IMG/VR virus record: IMGVR_UViG_3300007735_000798
Location: 1 to 64,000 of that record
Strand: one strand, 5' to 3'
Length of the DNA: 64,000 nucleotides
Origin: a virus
Notes under the pieces: generated by a model
Told to the model about the DNA's origin: nothing
Seen by the model: the letters and a program-made list of their open reading frames with translations, nothing else
Database searches by the model: none
Translations under genes and position numbers: made by a program
Part shown: positions 9,639 to 20,040 of the stretch, one piece after another
Layout: every line of letters begins with the position of its first letter
How positions within the stretch are numbered: position 1 is the stretch's first letter

Positions 9639-10235
9639 TTAAATTTTTTCTTTAATTACTGCGTTAAAAGCTTGTTGTGCAAATTCTTTCATATTTTCTT
9701 GTTTATTATCATCAATAAAAGTAGGCCAAACTATTTTATAATCGGCACTATTTTGAATAATCGAGTCATTAATTGATTCGTCCATATTTGCGGGTGGTAC
9801 TATTTCACCATTAATTGCAATCCTTTGCAAGTGAATAAGTACATTATTTGGTTTTGATTTTAACCAAACAACTTCATCTTCTTTATATTGAAGATAACGA
9901 ATATCTGGAACTATACACACATCTGGTTTAAGATCTTCAACTCTTTTATCAAGCAGGTTTGTCCAATATTTTCCTTCTGTTTGCTGTCGTTTAACTTTGC
10001 CATACCAAACTAAAAATTCACGAAAAATAGCTTTTTCTTCATTTTTATCTGTAAAAACATTTAGTCCAAGATATTGCTGAATAAAATCTTTACAATCTTC
10101 TTTTAAAGGCTGTGCCAAAGAAGTTTTATAAATTGTTTTAGTTTTATATGATTGAATTAAACTTTCAATTTCTAATGCCAAACTATCTTTTCCAGATCTT
10201 GCTACTCCAGCTATACCAATATACAATACGCTCAT
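9639..10235 (-). CDS. Deoxynucleoside monophosphate kinase
   Basis: IGIAGVARSGKD P-loop, LA..LK, R..L...G, W, VPDIRY motifs of phage dNMP kinases. Confidence 0.85.
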   Translation of the reverse strand: MSVLYIGIAGVARSGKDSLALEIESLIQSYKTKTIYKTSLAQPLKEDCKDFIQQYLGLNVFTDKNEEKAIFREFLVWYGKVKRQQTEGKYWTNLLDKRVEDLKPDVCIVPDIRYLQYKEDEVVWLKSKPNNVLIHLQRIAINGEIVPPANMDESINDSIIQNSADYKIVWPTFIDDNKQENMKEFAQQAFNAVIKEKI

Positions 10236-10241
10236 ACTTAT

Positions 10242-10270
10242 ATGATATAAAAAGTTGTTTTGATATTCAA
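10242..10270 (-). promoter_or_regulatory. Sigma70-type promoter, leaderless geometry
   Basis: TTGAAT-N17-TATCAT-N6-ATG(10235). Confidence 0.55.
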
Positions 10271-10271
10271 G

Positions 10272-10685
10272 CTAAATTTCTATATCAAATTTTTCTTTTA
10301 TCCATTCGGGACTTAATAAATGAATTTCATTTTCAAAAATTTCAATAACACGAAATCCATTCATTTCAAGCCAACTATATTTTTGTAAATCACGTTTAAC
10401 GCTATTTTTAAATCCAGTTTTTGTTCTATGAAAATGTTTTACAAATTTATCATGTTGTAATCCATGCGTTTCAACTGCAATTTTTTTGGTAAAATTAATA
10501 AAATCACATTTCATTCTTGTTCCAAAAACTGGAAATTCTTCAACTACTACATGTGTTTTCCAATAATTTTCAAAAAATTTTTTGACATTAAATTGTACTT
10601 TACTTTTACATGGATTATTCCATTTCGCAAGATATTTGTTAATATTTTTATTAACATCTTTACCAAAAATATTTTTAAATTTCAT
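10272..10685 (-). CDS. Vsr/DUF559-like endonuclease
   Basis: EEF, CDF, IAVE.HG.QH, RD..K...L...G..VIEI pattern. Confidence 0.75.
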   Translation of the reverse strand: MKFKNIFGKDVNKNINKYLAKWNNPCKSKVQFNVKKFFENYWKTHVVVEEFPVFGTRMKCDFINFTKKIAVETHGLQHDKFVKHFHRTKTGFKNSVKRDLQKYSWLEMNGFRVIEIFENEIHLLSPEWIKEKFDIEI

Positions 10686-10689
10686 TTAT

Positions 10690-11481
10690 TTATAAATTAC
10701 TTAATTTTTTCCAATCTATAAATGGAGATAAAAATGGGTACACAACATGACAACTTAAGGATTTAATTGGAGTCCAATACTCTGTATTATATTTTTGTTT
10801 TAAAATTCCACATAGTGAAGCATCAGAGTATCCCATCTTCCAATAAGACTCATAATCTCTATTAAATATTGTTACTGGCATAATGCTTGACCCTAATACA
10901 TTAGGAACCGATCTCCAATGGCAATAATTACTTAACCTAATTTTAGAAGTTAAATCTTTATACATTCCAAGATTTGTTCCCCATTCATCTATTGTAGAAT
11001 TTTCATCTATAAAATAATATTTATCTCCGTAGTCGCAAGGGCATACCCAAAAATTATCTGTCTTTAAAAAATTATTAATATAGTCTAAAACAATTTCTGA
11101 CCAATATGGGGTATGAAGATAGTCGTCATCTAATAAATAAATTAATTCATTGTCTGACAATTTATCTTCATTTATGATTCTAGTACCAGCAGCAATTCCA
11201 CGACTCCAGTTTTCATCTTCAGAAGTTTTCCCAAGCCATTTTTCTCTTGTAGTATCTATAAATTTTACTTTAAATGGGTATATATTTTCATACTTTTTAA
11301 TAAAAAAAGTGTCATAATCTTCTTCTTTTTCAAAAATTACTGTTAAATTACATAAATTAAAATTTGTAGTTTTTAATAAATTAACAAAAGTTTTTTCATA
11401 ATCAAACCATTCTGGCCGCAATGGGTTAATTTTATTTTTACTATAATGTCTATTATAAATATTAATTTTTTGATAAGTCAT
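10690..11481 (-). CDS. Putative GT-A (GT2-like) glycosyltransferase
   Basis: IYLLDDDYLH DxD motif, C-terminal P..SL..H. Confidence 0.65.
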   Translation of the reverse strand: MTYQKINIYNRHYSKNKINPLRPEWFDYEKTFVNLLKTTNFNLCNLTVIFEKEEDYDTFFIKKYENIYPFKVKFIDTTREKWLGKTSEDENWSRGIAAGTRIINEDKLSDNELIYLLDDDYLHTPYWSEIVLDYINNFLKTDNFWVCPCDYGDKYYFIDENSTIDEWGTNLGMYKDLTSKIRLSNYCHWRSVPNVLGSSIMPVTIFNRDYESYWKMGYSDASLCGILKQKYNTEYWTPIKSLSCHVVYPFLSPFIDWKKLSNL

Positions 11482-11484
11482 AAA

Positions 11485-12300
11485 TTATTTTTTCCAAGTG
11501 TTAATTGCGCTAAAATAATGAAATCCAAAACTAGTCTTGTTATTATAGTCTATTTCGTCTAATGGATCAATACTAAATTTAGATGCTTCTTCTATTGTTG
11601 GTATATTTTCTTTAAAATAATTAGCTATAACAGAAAAAAATAAATCTTCTTGTGGCTTTTTATCATTGTCTGCAAATTTTTCTCTAAAAATAAAATTACT
11701 AAAATTTTCTGAAGCCCATTTGCAAAAAGATGCTTTTCTGTAACTAAATCCGCCATTTCCAATCCTAACTGGACTTAAAAATTGTTTCCAAGTATTCTCA
11801 TGATAAATTTCCATTGCTGGCATATGTAACCAAGGAGATCCAACATAAATAAAATTATTATTTAATAAATATTCTTCGTAACCATTTTTCATTAACATCG
11901 CATCGGGTTGTAAAGTAATTGTATGTTCTATTTCCTTGGGAAGGTTAAAATAAACATTATTAATATAATAATTTGAATATTCTTCTAGAGAATTTAATTG
12001 TTCAATTTTATTTATTTTTATATTATATTTTTCTATTAACTCTAAATTATCATTAAGAAAACTTTTTGTATTATAAACAAAAGCATAAATTGGATATGAG
12101 TATTCAGAAAAAGTATAAAAAGAATGAAAACAAGCATAATCTTCTAATTTATTGATTTCACGATTACGCCCATCTACAAAAATTCCAGCAAATAAATTGC
12201 TACTATTTTTAGGTTTTGATTTTAAAGAAAGTATATCATTACATACATACTTAATAAAATTTTGATCTACATTTGTTCTATTTTTGTATAAAAGTTCCAT
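11485..12300 (-). CDS. DUF5672-like putative glycosyltransferase
   Basis: LQPDA, F.YVGSPW, GNGGFSYR, EDLFF, FGFH motifs. Confidence 0.75.
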   Translation of the reverse strand: MELLYKNRTNVDQNFIKYVCNDILSLKSKPKNSSNLFAGIFVDGRNREINKLEDYACFHSFYTFSEYSYPIYAFVYNTKSFLNDNLELIEKYNIKINKIEQLNSLEEYSNYYINNVYFNLPKEIEHTITLQPDAMLMKNGYEEYLLNNNFIYVGSPWLHMPAMEIYHENTWKQFLSPVRIGNGGFSYRKASFCKWASENFSNFIFREKFADNDKKPQEDLFFSVIANYFKENIPTIEEASKFSIDPLDEIDYNNKTSFGFHYFSAINTWKK

Positions 12301-13459
12301 TAAATTTTTTCAATATTTTTATAGTGGAAAATTTCAATGATGGAAATATGCCTACATAAAAACCATTTTTATGTAAAAATTCACTATTTTTGAATTCTTT
12401 ATAATCTCCGTATTTTTTATAACATGTTTGTCTTAATAAATTTCCAGAAATAATTGGTCGCGTTTCAATTCCAATTTTTTGACAAAAAGAAAATATTTTA
12501 TTAATAAATTTTATATTTTTTGAAAGTATTGGAAAACAGAATGGAACAGCAGTTCTTTCTGCAAAATTTTTAGGTAAAATTAAATTATCTTTTCCAATTA
12601 GTTCAATAATTTTATTAGAAATTTCATGTCTTTTATTTATATAGCCATTTACTCTATTAAAATCTAATAGACCAATAAATGCATGGATATCAGTATTTCT
12701 AAAATTATTTCCAACTATATTAAAATCAAATAATTGATTTACATCTGAATTTTTATATGATTTAATATCAATTCCATACATTGATAGACTTCTTGTCATG
12801 CCATGATTTCTGGCCATTAAAAAGTAATTATATTCAGCTTCGGAATTAGTAAATACAAATCCGCCTTCAACACTTTGAAGCTGATGTCCAAAATATGTGC
12901 TAGTTGTACTAGTAAAGTAAGAAGAAATATTTTTTCCATTATATAATCCTAATGTATTTTCACAGTTATCTAGTAAAATACGAACATTATATTTTTGTTC
13001 AAGATATTGAAGTTTTTTAATATCTGGAACTTGGCCAATTAATGATACACATAAAATAGCAGCAACTTTTTTATGATTTTTTTCTAAATATTTTTCTGTT
13101 AAAGAAAGGTCTAAACAAAAATCATCTAGAGAGATATCAATAAATCTAGGAATAAACCCTTCTCTTAAAAATGGAGAGATAGACGTTGTCCAAGTTGTTG
13201 ATGGAAAAATTATTTCTTTTTTCTTTGAATTTTTAAGATTATCTTTTAAATACATCGCCATTAATGTATTAGCTACAGATCCATTTGCTACAAATACAGC
13301 ATATTTAGAACCTACAAATTTTGCAAATTTTTGTTCAAATTTTTTAACATATTTGCCTTGCGTCCAAAAATTTCTAATATCTAAAAAAAACAAACAAATT
13401 TTTAGTCTATCCCATAAAGTAAAACTAGAATTATTAAGGGGCCAAATAAATTTATTCAT
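12278..13459 (-). CDS. colD: PLP-dependent DegT-family enzyme of ColD type (GDP-4-keto-6-deoxymannose 3-dehydratase-like)
   Basis: DegT fold (V..FE..FA, NGS.AN, DNCE, ETRP...GN). Active-site loop YFGHQLQSVEGG has His at the Schiff-base Lys position; RNHGMTR has no Fe-S Cys cluster. Confidence 0.75.
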   Translation of the reverse strand: MNKFIWPLNNSSFTLWDRLKICLFFLDIRNFWTQGKYVKKFEQKFAKFVGSKYAVFVANGSVANTLMAMYLKDNLKNSKKKEIIFPSTTWTTSISPFLREGFIPRFIDISLDDFCLDLSLTEKYLEKNHKKVAAILCVSLIGQVPDIKKLQYLEQKYNVRILLDNCENTLGLYNGKNISSYFTSTTSTYFGHQLQSVEGGFVFTNSEAEYNYFLMARNHGMTRSLSMYGIDIKSYKNSDVNQLFDFNIVGNNFRNTDIHAFIGLLDFNRVNGYINKRHEISNKIIELIGKDNLILPKNFAERTAVPFCFPILSKNIKFINKIFSFCQKIGIETRPIISGNLLRQTCYKKYGDYKEFKNSEFLHKNGFYVGIFPSLKFSTIKILKKFNGTFIQK

Positions 13460-14201
13460 GATAAATTGTAGGTAATTGTTGATTGTTTTTCAAATAAAAG
13501 TCTAGATTAAATTCTAATTTATTACTAATATAATTCCATTTATAACCACAATCACCAAAATGTTTCATTTGATACTCATATTTATTTTTACCATTTGAAT
13601 GTAGCCATGTCATATGTTTAATATGAGCAACTTCTTTTGGAATTTCTAAATTTTGTAAATTTTTATAGTTATAAAGTTTATTGTCTATAGATTTATAACA
13701 AATATCATTGTCCCAATAGAAAGAATCAATATTTAAAATATCTGATTGTGTTCTGAAGATTCTTGGAGGACAAAATCCATCAATCCATTGGCTTCCATCA
13801 AAAATATAATTTTTAAAATTAATACTATACCAATAGTTATTCGGATTTTTATTTATATAATTAATAATATTATTAATGTCCGATACTGTATATAACTCAT
13901 CTCCATCGACAATCCAAATAATGTCAGAATTTTGATTCTTTAAATATTCTAGACAAAAATTTCTTGCTTCTGATTCTTTTACAAATTTTGGCTCTTTAAA
14001 TAAAATATCAATATCTTTATCTTCTAATATTTTTGTTGTATTATCCTGATAAAAACTAATAGATTGGTACTCAGTAAATGGAACTGAAACTGCCGCAATA
14101 TTAGATATAATATTTTTTTGTTTAGATTCAATAAATGAATCTAAGCTTTTTGCAACAAAAGTTTCGCAATTATATGCACAATATATAATACCAATTTTCA
14201 T
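13452..14201 (-). CDS. GT2-like glycosyltransferase
   Basis: CAYN, E..ARN, WIVDGDE, PRIF, H..W. Confidence 0.7.
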   Translation of the reverse strand: MKIGIIYCAYNCETFVAKSLDSFIESKQKNIISNIAAVSVPFTEYQSISFYQDNTTKILEDKDIDILFKEPKFVKESEARNFCLEYLKNQNSDIIWIVDGDELYTVSDINNIINYINKNPNNYWYSINFKNYIFDGSQWIDGFCPPRIFRTQSDILNIDSFYWDNDICYKSIDNKLYNYKNLQNLEIPKEVAHIKHMTWLHSNGKNKYEYQMKHFGDCGYKWNYISNKLEFNLDFYLKNNQQLPTIYHE

Positions 14202-15130
14202 GTTTCTATTTGATTAAATTTAATATTATATTGTAATATTGTTCCAAGGTAATTATTTGGAAATCCAGTTCCACCACTTAAATAGTCTTTAAATGAAAAC
14301 TTATATCTTTTAGGAACAATATCTGTTATTAAATCTTGGCCTAAAACTTCTATTTGAAATAATTCACTTAATCTAAATTCTAGTTCTACCATTTCTATAA
14401 AATAATCATCTGGAATGATTTCTTTATTTTTTATTTTTGTCATATAATCTATCATTCCATCTAAATTAGAAATATCAATATTAAGATGTTCAATGCAATA
14501 TATTTGAAATTTTTTTCTTAAATTTTCATGGTGATTAACCACTTCTTGTCCATATTTTCCATATACTAATTGGGTATCATTACCAAGAAAATAACATAAA
14601 TAATATTTTGAACCATTTATTGACCCATAATATTTTGGAGTTTCTTTGCGACGATTAATTATATATTTATCTTTATCTGGTAATGTTATTATTTTCCCAT
14701 TTATATTTGTTAACCCCCAATGAACGGCTCCATAAAATTCCATATATGGATTATATTTAAAAATATAAGGCCTTTGATCCCAATAAAGAGCACCAATTTG
14801 GTTTTCTTCAAAAGATTGAAGCATGTGCGGTAATTGTTCTACGAATAGGTCCGTCATAGATTCTGGAGAGTCTAAATAAACGCAATATTGTCCATTTTTA
14901 ATTCCACCGTAAAAAAGTAAATGATTCATTAAGAATGCATGATTTGTTGTCCATTCTTGCGTTAAAATTTTTCCATTCCCTTTATTTTTTTCAAGTAGTT
15001 CTATTGTACCATCATTGGATGGTAAATTAACTAAAGCAATCACTCCATCAAAAGTTGGATAAATATTTTTTAACATGAAAGAAATATGCTCTTTTCTTTC
15101 TTGTGTCATTGTTAATAAGAGCGGTTTCAT
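14198..15130 (-). CDS. GT2-like glycosyltransferase with extra C-terminal helical domain
   Basis: SNDGT.ELL, YLDSPE, F.G.VH; C-terminal ~130 aa are paralogous to ORF 18259..18684. Confidence 0.6.
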   Translation of the reverse strand: MKPLLLTMTQERKEHISFMLKNIYPTFDGVIALVNLPSNDGTIELLEKNKGNGKILTQEWTTNHAFLMNHLLFYGGIKNGQYCVYLDSPESMTDLFVEQLPHMLQSFEENQIGALYWDQRPYIFKYNPYMEFYGAVHWGLTNINGKIITLPDKDKYIINRRKETPKYYGSINGSKYYLCYFLGNDTQLVYGKYGQEVVNHHENLRKKFQIYCIEHLNIDISNLDGMIDYMTKIKNKEIIPDDYFIEMVELEFRLSELFQIEVLGQDLITDIVPKRYKFSFKDYLSGGTGFPNNYLGTILQYNIKFNQIET

Positions 15131-16002
15131 TTCTTATATTCATTATATAAATTAATAATATTTTTAGCAATTGTTTCTTTATTCATTATTTCTTTATATT
15201 TTTTACCATATTCTAAACTTATATTTTGATAATATAAATAATTTTTATTTATTTCTATCATTTTCTGAATAAAAGACTCTGGATTGGGTTGGCAAATAAA
15301 TTCTTTCGGGCAAAATTCTATTGCAGTTGGATTATCATCACATGTAATTGGGATACACCCCGCAATCATTGCTTCAATCATCGGAAGTCCTAATCCTTCA
15401 AATTTTGATGGAAATAATAAAAATTTTGAAGAATTATAAAGAATATTTAATTGCTCATCTGGAATAATCCCTATATATTTTCCAAAATTTGGATTTTCAG
15501 ATCCACAAATGATTAAATTTTCAATGAATTCGGGATAATGTATAAAAGTGTCTCTAATTAAAGAAAATCTTTTTCTTGCATCATTTGCTCTTCCAACATA
15601 TAAAAATGGAATTGTTTTTTTTATTTCTTCATTATAAAATATATCTTTGACTGGATTATAAATAATATGCGCTTTTAAATTTATACTATCTAAAATTTGT
15701 TCTTGAACTGTTTGTGATATACAAGTTATTAAATCAGCTTGTTTTAATTGATTTTCTACTTTATTTAAATCATAAGATGGATTACCAATTTGTAAATCTA
15801 AAACATTCAATATAATAAAAGGTTTTTTTTCTTGCTCATTTGCGTATGCCAGAATATCATCATACATATCATTATTAGAGTATATGATATCAGGATTTTC
15901 ATTAACTATTTCATAACCGATAGATCGTAAACCATTATCAATACGAGATATTTGATCTAAAGTATTATTTCTCCAGCCAAAAGTTTTAACTTTAAGGCTC
16001 AT
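15127..16002 (-). CDS. GT4 (GT-B) glycosyltransferase
   Basis: YVGR...K, FPSKFEGLGLPMIEAM..G (E-x7-E). Confidence 0.9.
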   Translation of the reverse strand: MSLKVKTFGWRNNTLDQISRIDNGLRSIGYEIVNENPDIIYSNNDMYDDILAYANEQEKKPFIILNVLDLQIGNPSYDLNKVENQLKQADLITCISQTVQEQILDSINLKAHIIYNPVKDIFYNEEIKKTIPFLYVGRANDARKRFSLIRDTFIHYPEFIENLIICGSENPNFGKYIGIIPDEQLNILYNSSKFLLFPSKFEGLGLPMIEAMIAGCIPITCDDNPTAIEFCPKEFICQPNPESFIQKMIEINKNYLYYQNISLEYGKKYKEIMNKETIAKNIINLYNEYKK

Positions 16003-16013
16003 TTATATTTAAA

Positions 16014-16613
16014 TTATGTAAAAATTACCCAACTTGCATTTCGTTGTGAAATTTCTTTTATATTATTTTTAATAGCAAATTCTTCTAAAGCTTTTTGCAC
16101 GCCTTCTCCATATATATCATGGCCTGCAAACATTCCATTAGATTTTATTTTTGGATACCATGCATTTAAATCTTTTGATACTGATTCATAAGAATGTCCA
16201 GCATCAATAAAAATAAAATTACAAGATTTATCTTTAAAATATTTAGGAGCTTCCCAAGAATATTCTCTGATTGGTTTTATAATATTGCCACCTGGAGCAT
16301 ATTTAATATTATTTTGAAATTGCCAATATAAAGCATCTTGTCCACATCTATTCATATAATCTATAACTTTTTCTCCCCAAGGCATGTTATTATTTTGATT
16401 ATATTCATCGTCTTTTGTTAATTCCCAAACGTCCACACAATTAAATTGAAGTTTTTTATTAGATTTATATATTTCTTCAGCCATAAAACATGCGGATTTT
16501 CCTAAAAAAGAACCAATTTCTACAAGTATATCTCCATCTTTAGATTTATTAATTGCTTCTAAATAAATATCTGCAAAATCAAACCATCCACATATATGTT
16601 CATAGTATCTCAT
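16014..16613 (-). CDS. Class I SAM-dependent methyltransferase (Methyltransf_24-like)
   Basis: VEIGSFLGKS, VD.W, FIDAGHSYE, GHD. Confidence 0.88.
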   Translation of the reverse strand: MRYYEHICGWFDFADIYLEAINKSKDGDILVEIGSFLGKSACFMAEEIYKSNKKLQFNCVDVWELTKDDEYNQNNNMPWGEKVIDYMNRCGQDALYWQFQNNIKYAPGGNIIKPIREYSWEAPKYFKDKSCNFIFIDAGHSYESVSKDLNAWYPKIKSNGMFAGHDIYGEGVQKALEEFAIKNNIKEISQRNASWVIFT

Positions 16614-16614
16614 A

Positions 16615-17439
16615 TTATTTATGATAATATAACAATTTATTTAAATTGTCAAATATTAAATCATTATTTATATTTTCTGCATGTTCCGCCTCTAAATATA
16701 TGGCATTTTTATTTAATGGTTCATATACTTTTGGTGTTAATAAATTATCATAATGATAACCATATAAACCTAAAACTGGATGCTGATATGCGCTAGCTAC
16801 CCAAGACATTCCACCATCTAAACAAATTAATAATTGCGTAGAAAGCATTATTTTTACTGATTCGAAATAAGATAAACCATTAATTTTTTCACATCCTTTA
16901 ATTATTTTTTCTGAATCTGCGCCTAATTGAATAACTTTAATATTTTTGGTATTTAAAAAATTTACAATTTCTTCCCATTTTTGATATGAAATATTTTTCT
17001 TAGTCCACGCTGTATATGGAGCTATAGAAATATAATTTTTATATTGTTCATGTAAATCAAAATATTTATTTAATATGCAGTTTAAATTCTCAGGCGGTAC
17101 AAGACCATTCATTAAACATGCTGCTTCTGTTTGGTGATTTACTAAATTATACCAACAATGATCATTAGGATGCTTTGGCATAGGATCTAAAATTAGATTA
17201 TAATTATTTGATCTTAAAAAATTTATATCATTTTGATTTGGCCAATTATCATATTGATCCCATATATGAACATCATCTATATATGGATGATATTTAAAAA
17301 GATCTACCATATCTTGGTATTGTTTATTTATTCCTAAAGTAAAATGACTTTGGGGAAATCTTTCTTTAATAGCTTTTGCAACTACCGTTCCAATAATAAG
17401 ATCTCCTCTTTGTCCTTGATTTGTTCCAATAATTTTCAT
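16615..17439 (-). CDS. GT9 (heptosyltransferase-like) glycosyltransferase
   Basis: GDLI, HPYIDDV, QLG, ICLDGG...VASA...P.LGLYG. Confidence 0.8.
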   Translation of the reverse strand: MKIIGTNQGQRGDLIIGTVVAKAIKERFPQSHFTLGINKQYQDMVDLFKYHPYIDDVHIWDQYDNWPNQNDINFLRSNNYNLILDPMPKHPNDHCWYNLVNHQTEAACLMNGLVPPENLNCILNKYFDLHEQYKNYISIAPYTAWTKKNISYQKWEEIVNFLNTKNIKVIQLGADSEKIIKGCEKINGLSYFESVKIMLSTQLLICLDGGMSWVASAYQHPVLGLYGYHYDNLLTPKVYEPLNKNAIYLEAEHAENINNDLIFDNLNKLLYYHK

Positions 17440-18242
17440 TCAATATGTAAAATTTTAATATCTTTATTAATATAAATTTTATTATATCCTAAATTATTTA
17501 ATTCTTCACAAATAACATATGTATCACAATCAAATCTATTATATCGTTTATTAATATAATCAAATCTAACTCCTTTTACAAACGGTTCTGCATTATATAC
17601 ACAAAATGAATTATATGTAGAATAAAATGGAATATTTTGCTGTTCTTTTTCAAAATAATTTAAATATTCATCTCCAGATATTGGCTCAATTAAATGTTCT
17701 GGTTTTATTCGTGTTGCCCAACCGTCTCTACATCCATGCAGCCAACCATCAAAAGGTTTCGAATAAAGATTTTCTAACCATCTATGACAATTAAAATTAT
17801 AATTTTTTAAACTTTCATAATTACATCTTAAACTTATTCCAGAATAAACATCAAACTGAGAATCTATTAGATTTACAACTTGTTCTGGAATATAAAAAAT
17901 ATCTGATTCTATCCAAATGATTTTATCATAAATAGATAAATCTTTAACTTGATCTAATACTTGATTTCTATATAAAGATAATAATTTTACTCTATTTTCT
18001 TCAGCTACTGATCCATATTTGGGAGTATTTAAATCTGTAGTTAAAACAAAATTATTGTTAAATAATTTATTATAATTAAAATTTTTTAAAATTAATTTTG
18101 AATTATCTTTTGAATCATTTTCTAAAATTGAGATATCAAATGTATCTCCAGGTCTTAAAGAAATAATTTTTTCTATTTGTGAAAAATAATTTTCTAAAAA
18201 TATTTCACTATCTCTGATTATTGAACAAATTAATATATTCAT
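17436..18242 (-). CDS. GT-A glycosyltransferase-like protein
   Basis: IIRD, ENDSKD, L...RN, WIESD, S.YNSFCVY. Confidence 0.65.
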   Translation of the reverse strand: MNILICSIIRDSEIFLENYFSQIEKIISLRPGDTFDISILENDSKDNSKLILKNFNYNKLFNNNFVLTTDLNTPKYGSVAEENRVKLLSLYRNQVLDQVKDLSIYDKIIWIESDIFYIPEQVVNLIDSQFDVYSGISLRCNYESLKNYNFNCHRWLENLYSKPFDGWLHGCRDGWATRIKPEHLIEPISGDEYLNYFEKEQQNIPFYSTYNSFCVYNAEPFVKGVRFDYINKRYNRFDCDTYVICEELNNLGYNKIYINKDIKILHIE

Positions 18243-18258
18243 ATATTAAAAATGAATT

Positions 18259-18684
18259 TTACTTTCCATACCATTCTAAATATTTAATATAAGTACCTTT
18301 ATACTCTTTATTCATAAGACCATCATTAAATTTTAAATAATTTTTAAAACTCCAACGAAATCTTTTTTCATTAATATCTTCTTGATTAAGTTTTAATATC
18401 TCACTTTGAAAAAGTTCTGATAATATAAATTCTGTCTCTGTAATATCTATAAATGCAGACTCTGGAATAATTTCTTTATTATAGATTTTTCCATAAAAAT
18501 TAATCAAACTATTAATATCATAATTAATACCAAGTTTTAAATTACAATATAGACGAAAACGTTGGCGTATAGATTCATGATGATCTATAACATTTTGCCC
18601 AAAATTACCATAAATATATACAGATATATTACTTTGTTCTGGAACAAACCATTGTTCTGCTAATTCTTTTGATGTTAAATTCAT
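18259..18684 (-). CDS. Hypothetical protein; stand-alone copy of the C-terminal domain of ORF 14198..15130
   Basis: Shared YG..GQ.V..HHE..R..F..YC, E.EF.LSELFQ.E.L and KR...SFK.YL. Confidence 0.7.
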   Translation of the reverse strand: MNLTSKELAEQWFVPEQSNISVYIYGNFGQNVIDHHESIRQRFRLYCNLKLGINYDINSLINFYGKIYNKEIIPESAFIDITETEFILSELFQSEILKLNQEDINEKRFRWSFKNYLKFNDGLMNKEYKGTYIKYLEWYGK

Positions 18685-19358
18685 ATTTTAAGTTCTGTTT
18701 CAATTTTATAATCTGGAATTTTAATAATTTTATGTTGTAATTCTTGAAAAAGTTTTACTCGATAGTCATTATTATGTCCAGCTGCTTGAATAACAAAATC
18801 TCCAAATTGGAAATTAAAATCTGGAAACCATGCGTGATAATAACTATTAAAATATCTTGTAGAAACAATTTTAAAATGTTTCATAACATCTGGATTATGT
18901 AATTCGTCAATTACTGCTTGTTGTTCACACCAAGGATGATGATATAAACTAATATTTTTATTGATTTTTTCGAGAAAATTTAAACTCCAATCACTACATT
19001 TAACTAGCCAAGAATCTGTATTTACTTCTATTTTTTCATGACTACTATTCGCAAGAATCATATCATAATTATTATCAATAATATTTTCTAAACGAATTGT
19101 GTGATTCATAATCATGCAATCGGTTCCAAGAAACCAAAGCCAATCATAACCACCCTTTTTGATGAAATCAATAAACATTGGAACTCTTTCCCAATTAACT
19201 TTTCGACTAAAATCAAAATCATTATCTTTATAAGCAAAATCGTACCCATGAGTATTACAATACTCAATTTTTGATGGCATTGTTAATTCGGCAACATCTT
19301 TATATGATTTAGTACCATGTAACATTTCATCATGGTAAGTAAAAACTAAAAATTTCAT
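18681..19358 (-). CDS. GT34 (GMA12/MNN10-like) glycosyltransferase
   Basis: YC..HGY, W, YDWLWFL.TD..IMN, EQ.A, GDF; the DxD position reads GTD. Confidence 0.75.
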   Translation of the reverse strand: MKFLVFTYHDEMLHGTKSYKDVAELTMPSKIEYCNTHGYDFAYKDNDFDFSRKVNWERVPMFIDFIKKGGYDWLWFLGTDCMIMNHTIRLENIIDNNYDMILANSSHEKIEVNTDSWLVKCSDWSLNFLEKINKNISLYHHPWCEQQAVIDELHNPDVMKHFKIVSTRYFNSYYHAWFPDFNFQFGDFVIQAAGHNNDYRVKLFQELQHKIIKIPDYKIETELKI

Positions 19359-19361
19359 ATT

Positions 19362-20024
19362 TTATAAATTAATAGCAATTAAAGGCTCGATATTTCTAAA
19401 TTTTGGTTCTTCTTTATAAAACATCATTTGACTATGATTCCAATCTTTATTTTTTAAAGTAAAAACATTTTGAATAAAATTTTTATTATGAATTCTATAG
19501 TCAACAATTTCAAATGCCATTTGTTTTAGAAAAACAGCAAAATTTTCTACTGGATAAAGAAATCCAGGATATAATGTATTATGTGTAATATTTTGATGGG
19601 GTACGCTTAAGTATAATAAACCATCTAATTTAAGAATTTTTTTAATTTCTATCATGCAATTATATGGATTTGGCAAATGTTCGAAAGTTTCAAACGAAAA
19701 AGCATAATCTAATTGACCATAATTTACTAAAAATTGATCAGCAAATGGTAAATTTAAATCTGTAACAAAATATTTACAATGTTGATTTGCAATATTTTCT
19801 ATATAAGCTCCATCAAATCCATAAAATGTATTATTTTTATCTTTTGGAAGTCTTTGAAAAATTGGTGCATATCCACATCCAAAATCACCAATAGACGAAT
19901 TTGAAATTTCATTTAATTTTAAATCTTCTACTAAAAAATTAAATCTTTCAGAATGAGATTTTTCATAATTATCCATTGATTGTCCAACATCTTCATTATA
20001 AAATTGTGCTACTGAATTGTTCAT
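19362..20024 (-). CDS. Class I SAM-dependent methyltransferase
   Basis: DFGCG, DLN, E.FEHL.NP, LK.DG.L.LSVP. Confidence 0.88.
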   Translation of the reverse strand: MNNSVAQFYNEDVGQSMDNYEKSHSERFNFLVEDLKLNEISNSSIGDFGCGYAPIFQRLPKDKNNTFYGFDGAYIENIANQHCKYFVTDLNLPFADQFLVNYGQLDYAFSFETFEHLPNPYNCMIEIKKILKLDGLLYLSVPHQNITHNTLYPGFLYPVENFAVFLKQMAFEIVDYRIHNKNFIQNVFTLKNKDWNHSQMMFYKEEPKFRNIEPLIAINL

Positions 20025-20040
20025 AAAATATTGTATGTAT

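Noticed and set aside
12278-13459. Perosamine synthase or RfbH/E1 assignment
   Set aside because: The catalytic Lys is replaced by His, arguing against an aminotransferase, and the E1 Fe-S Cys motif is absent.
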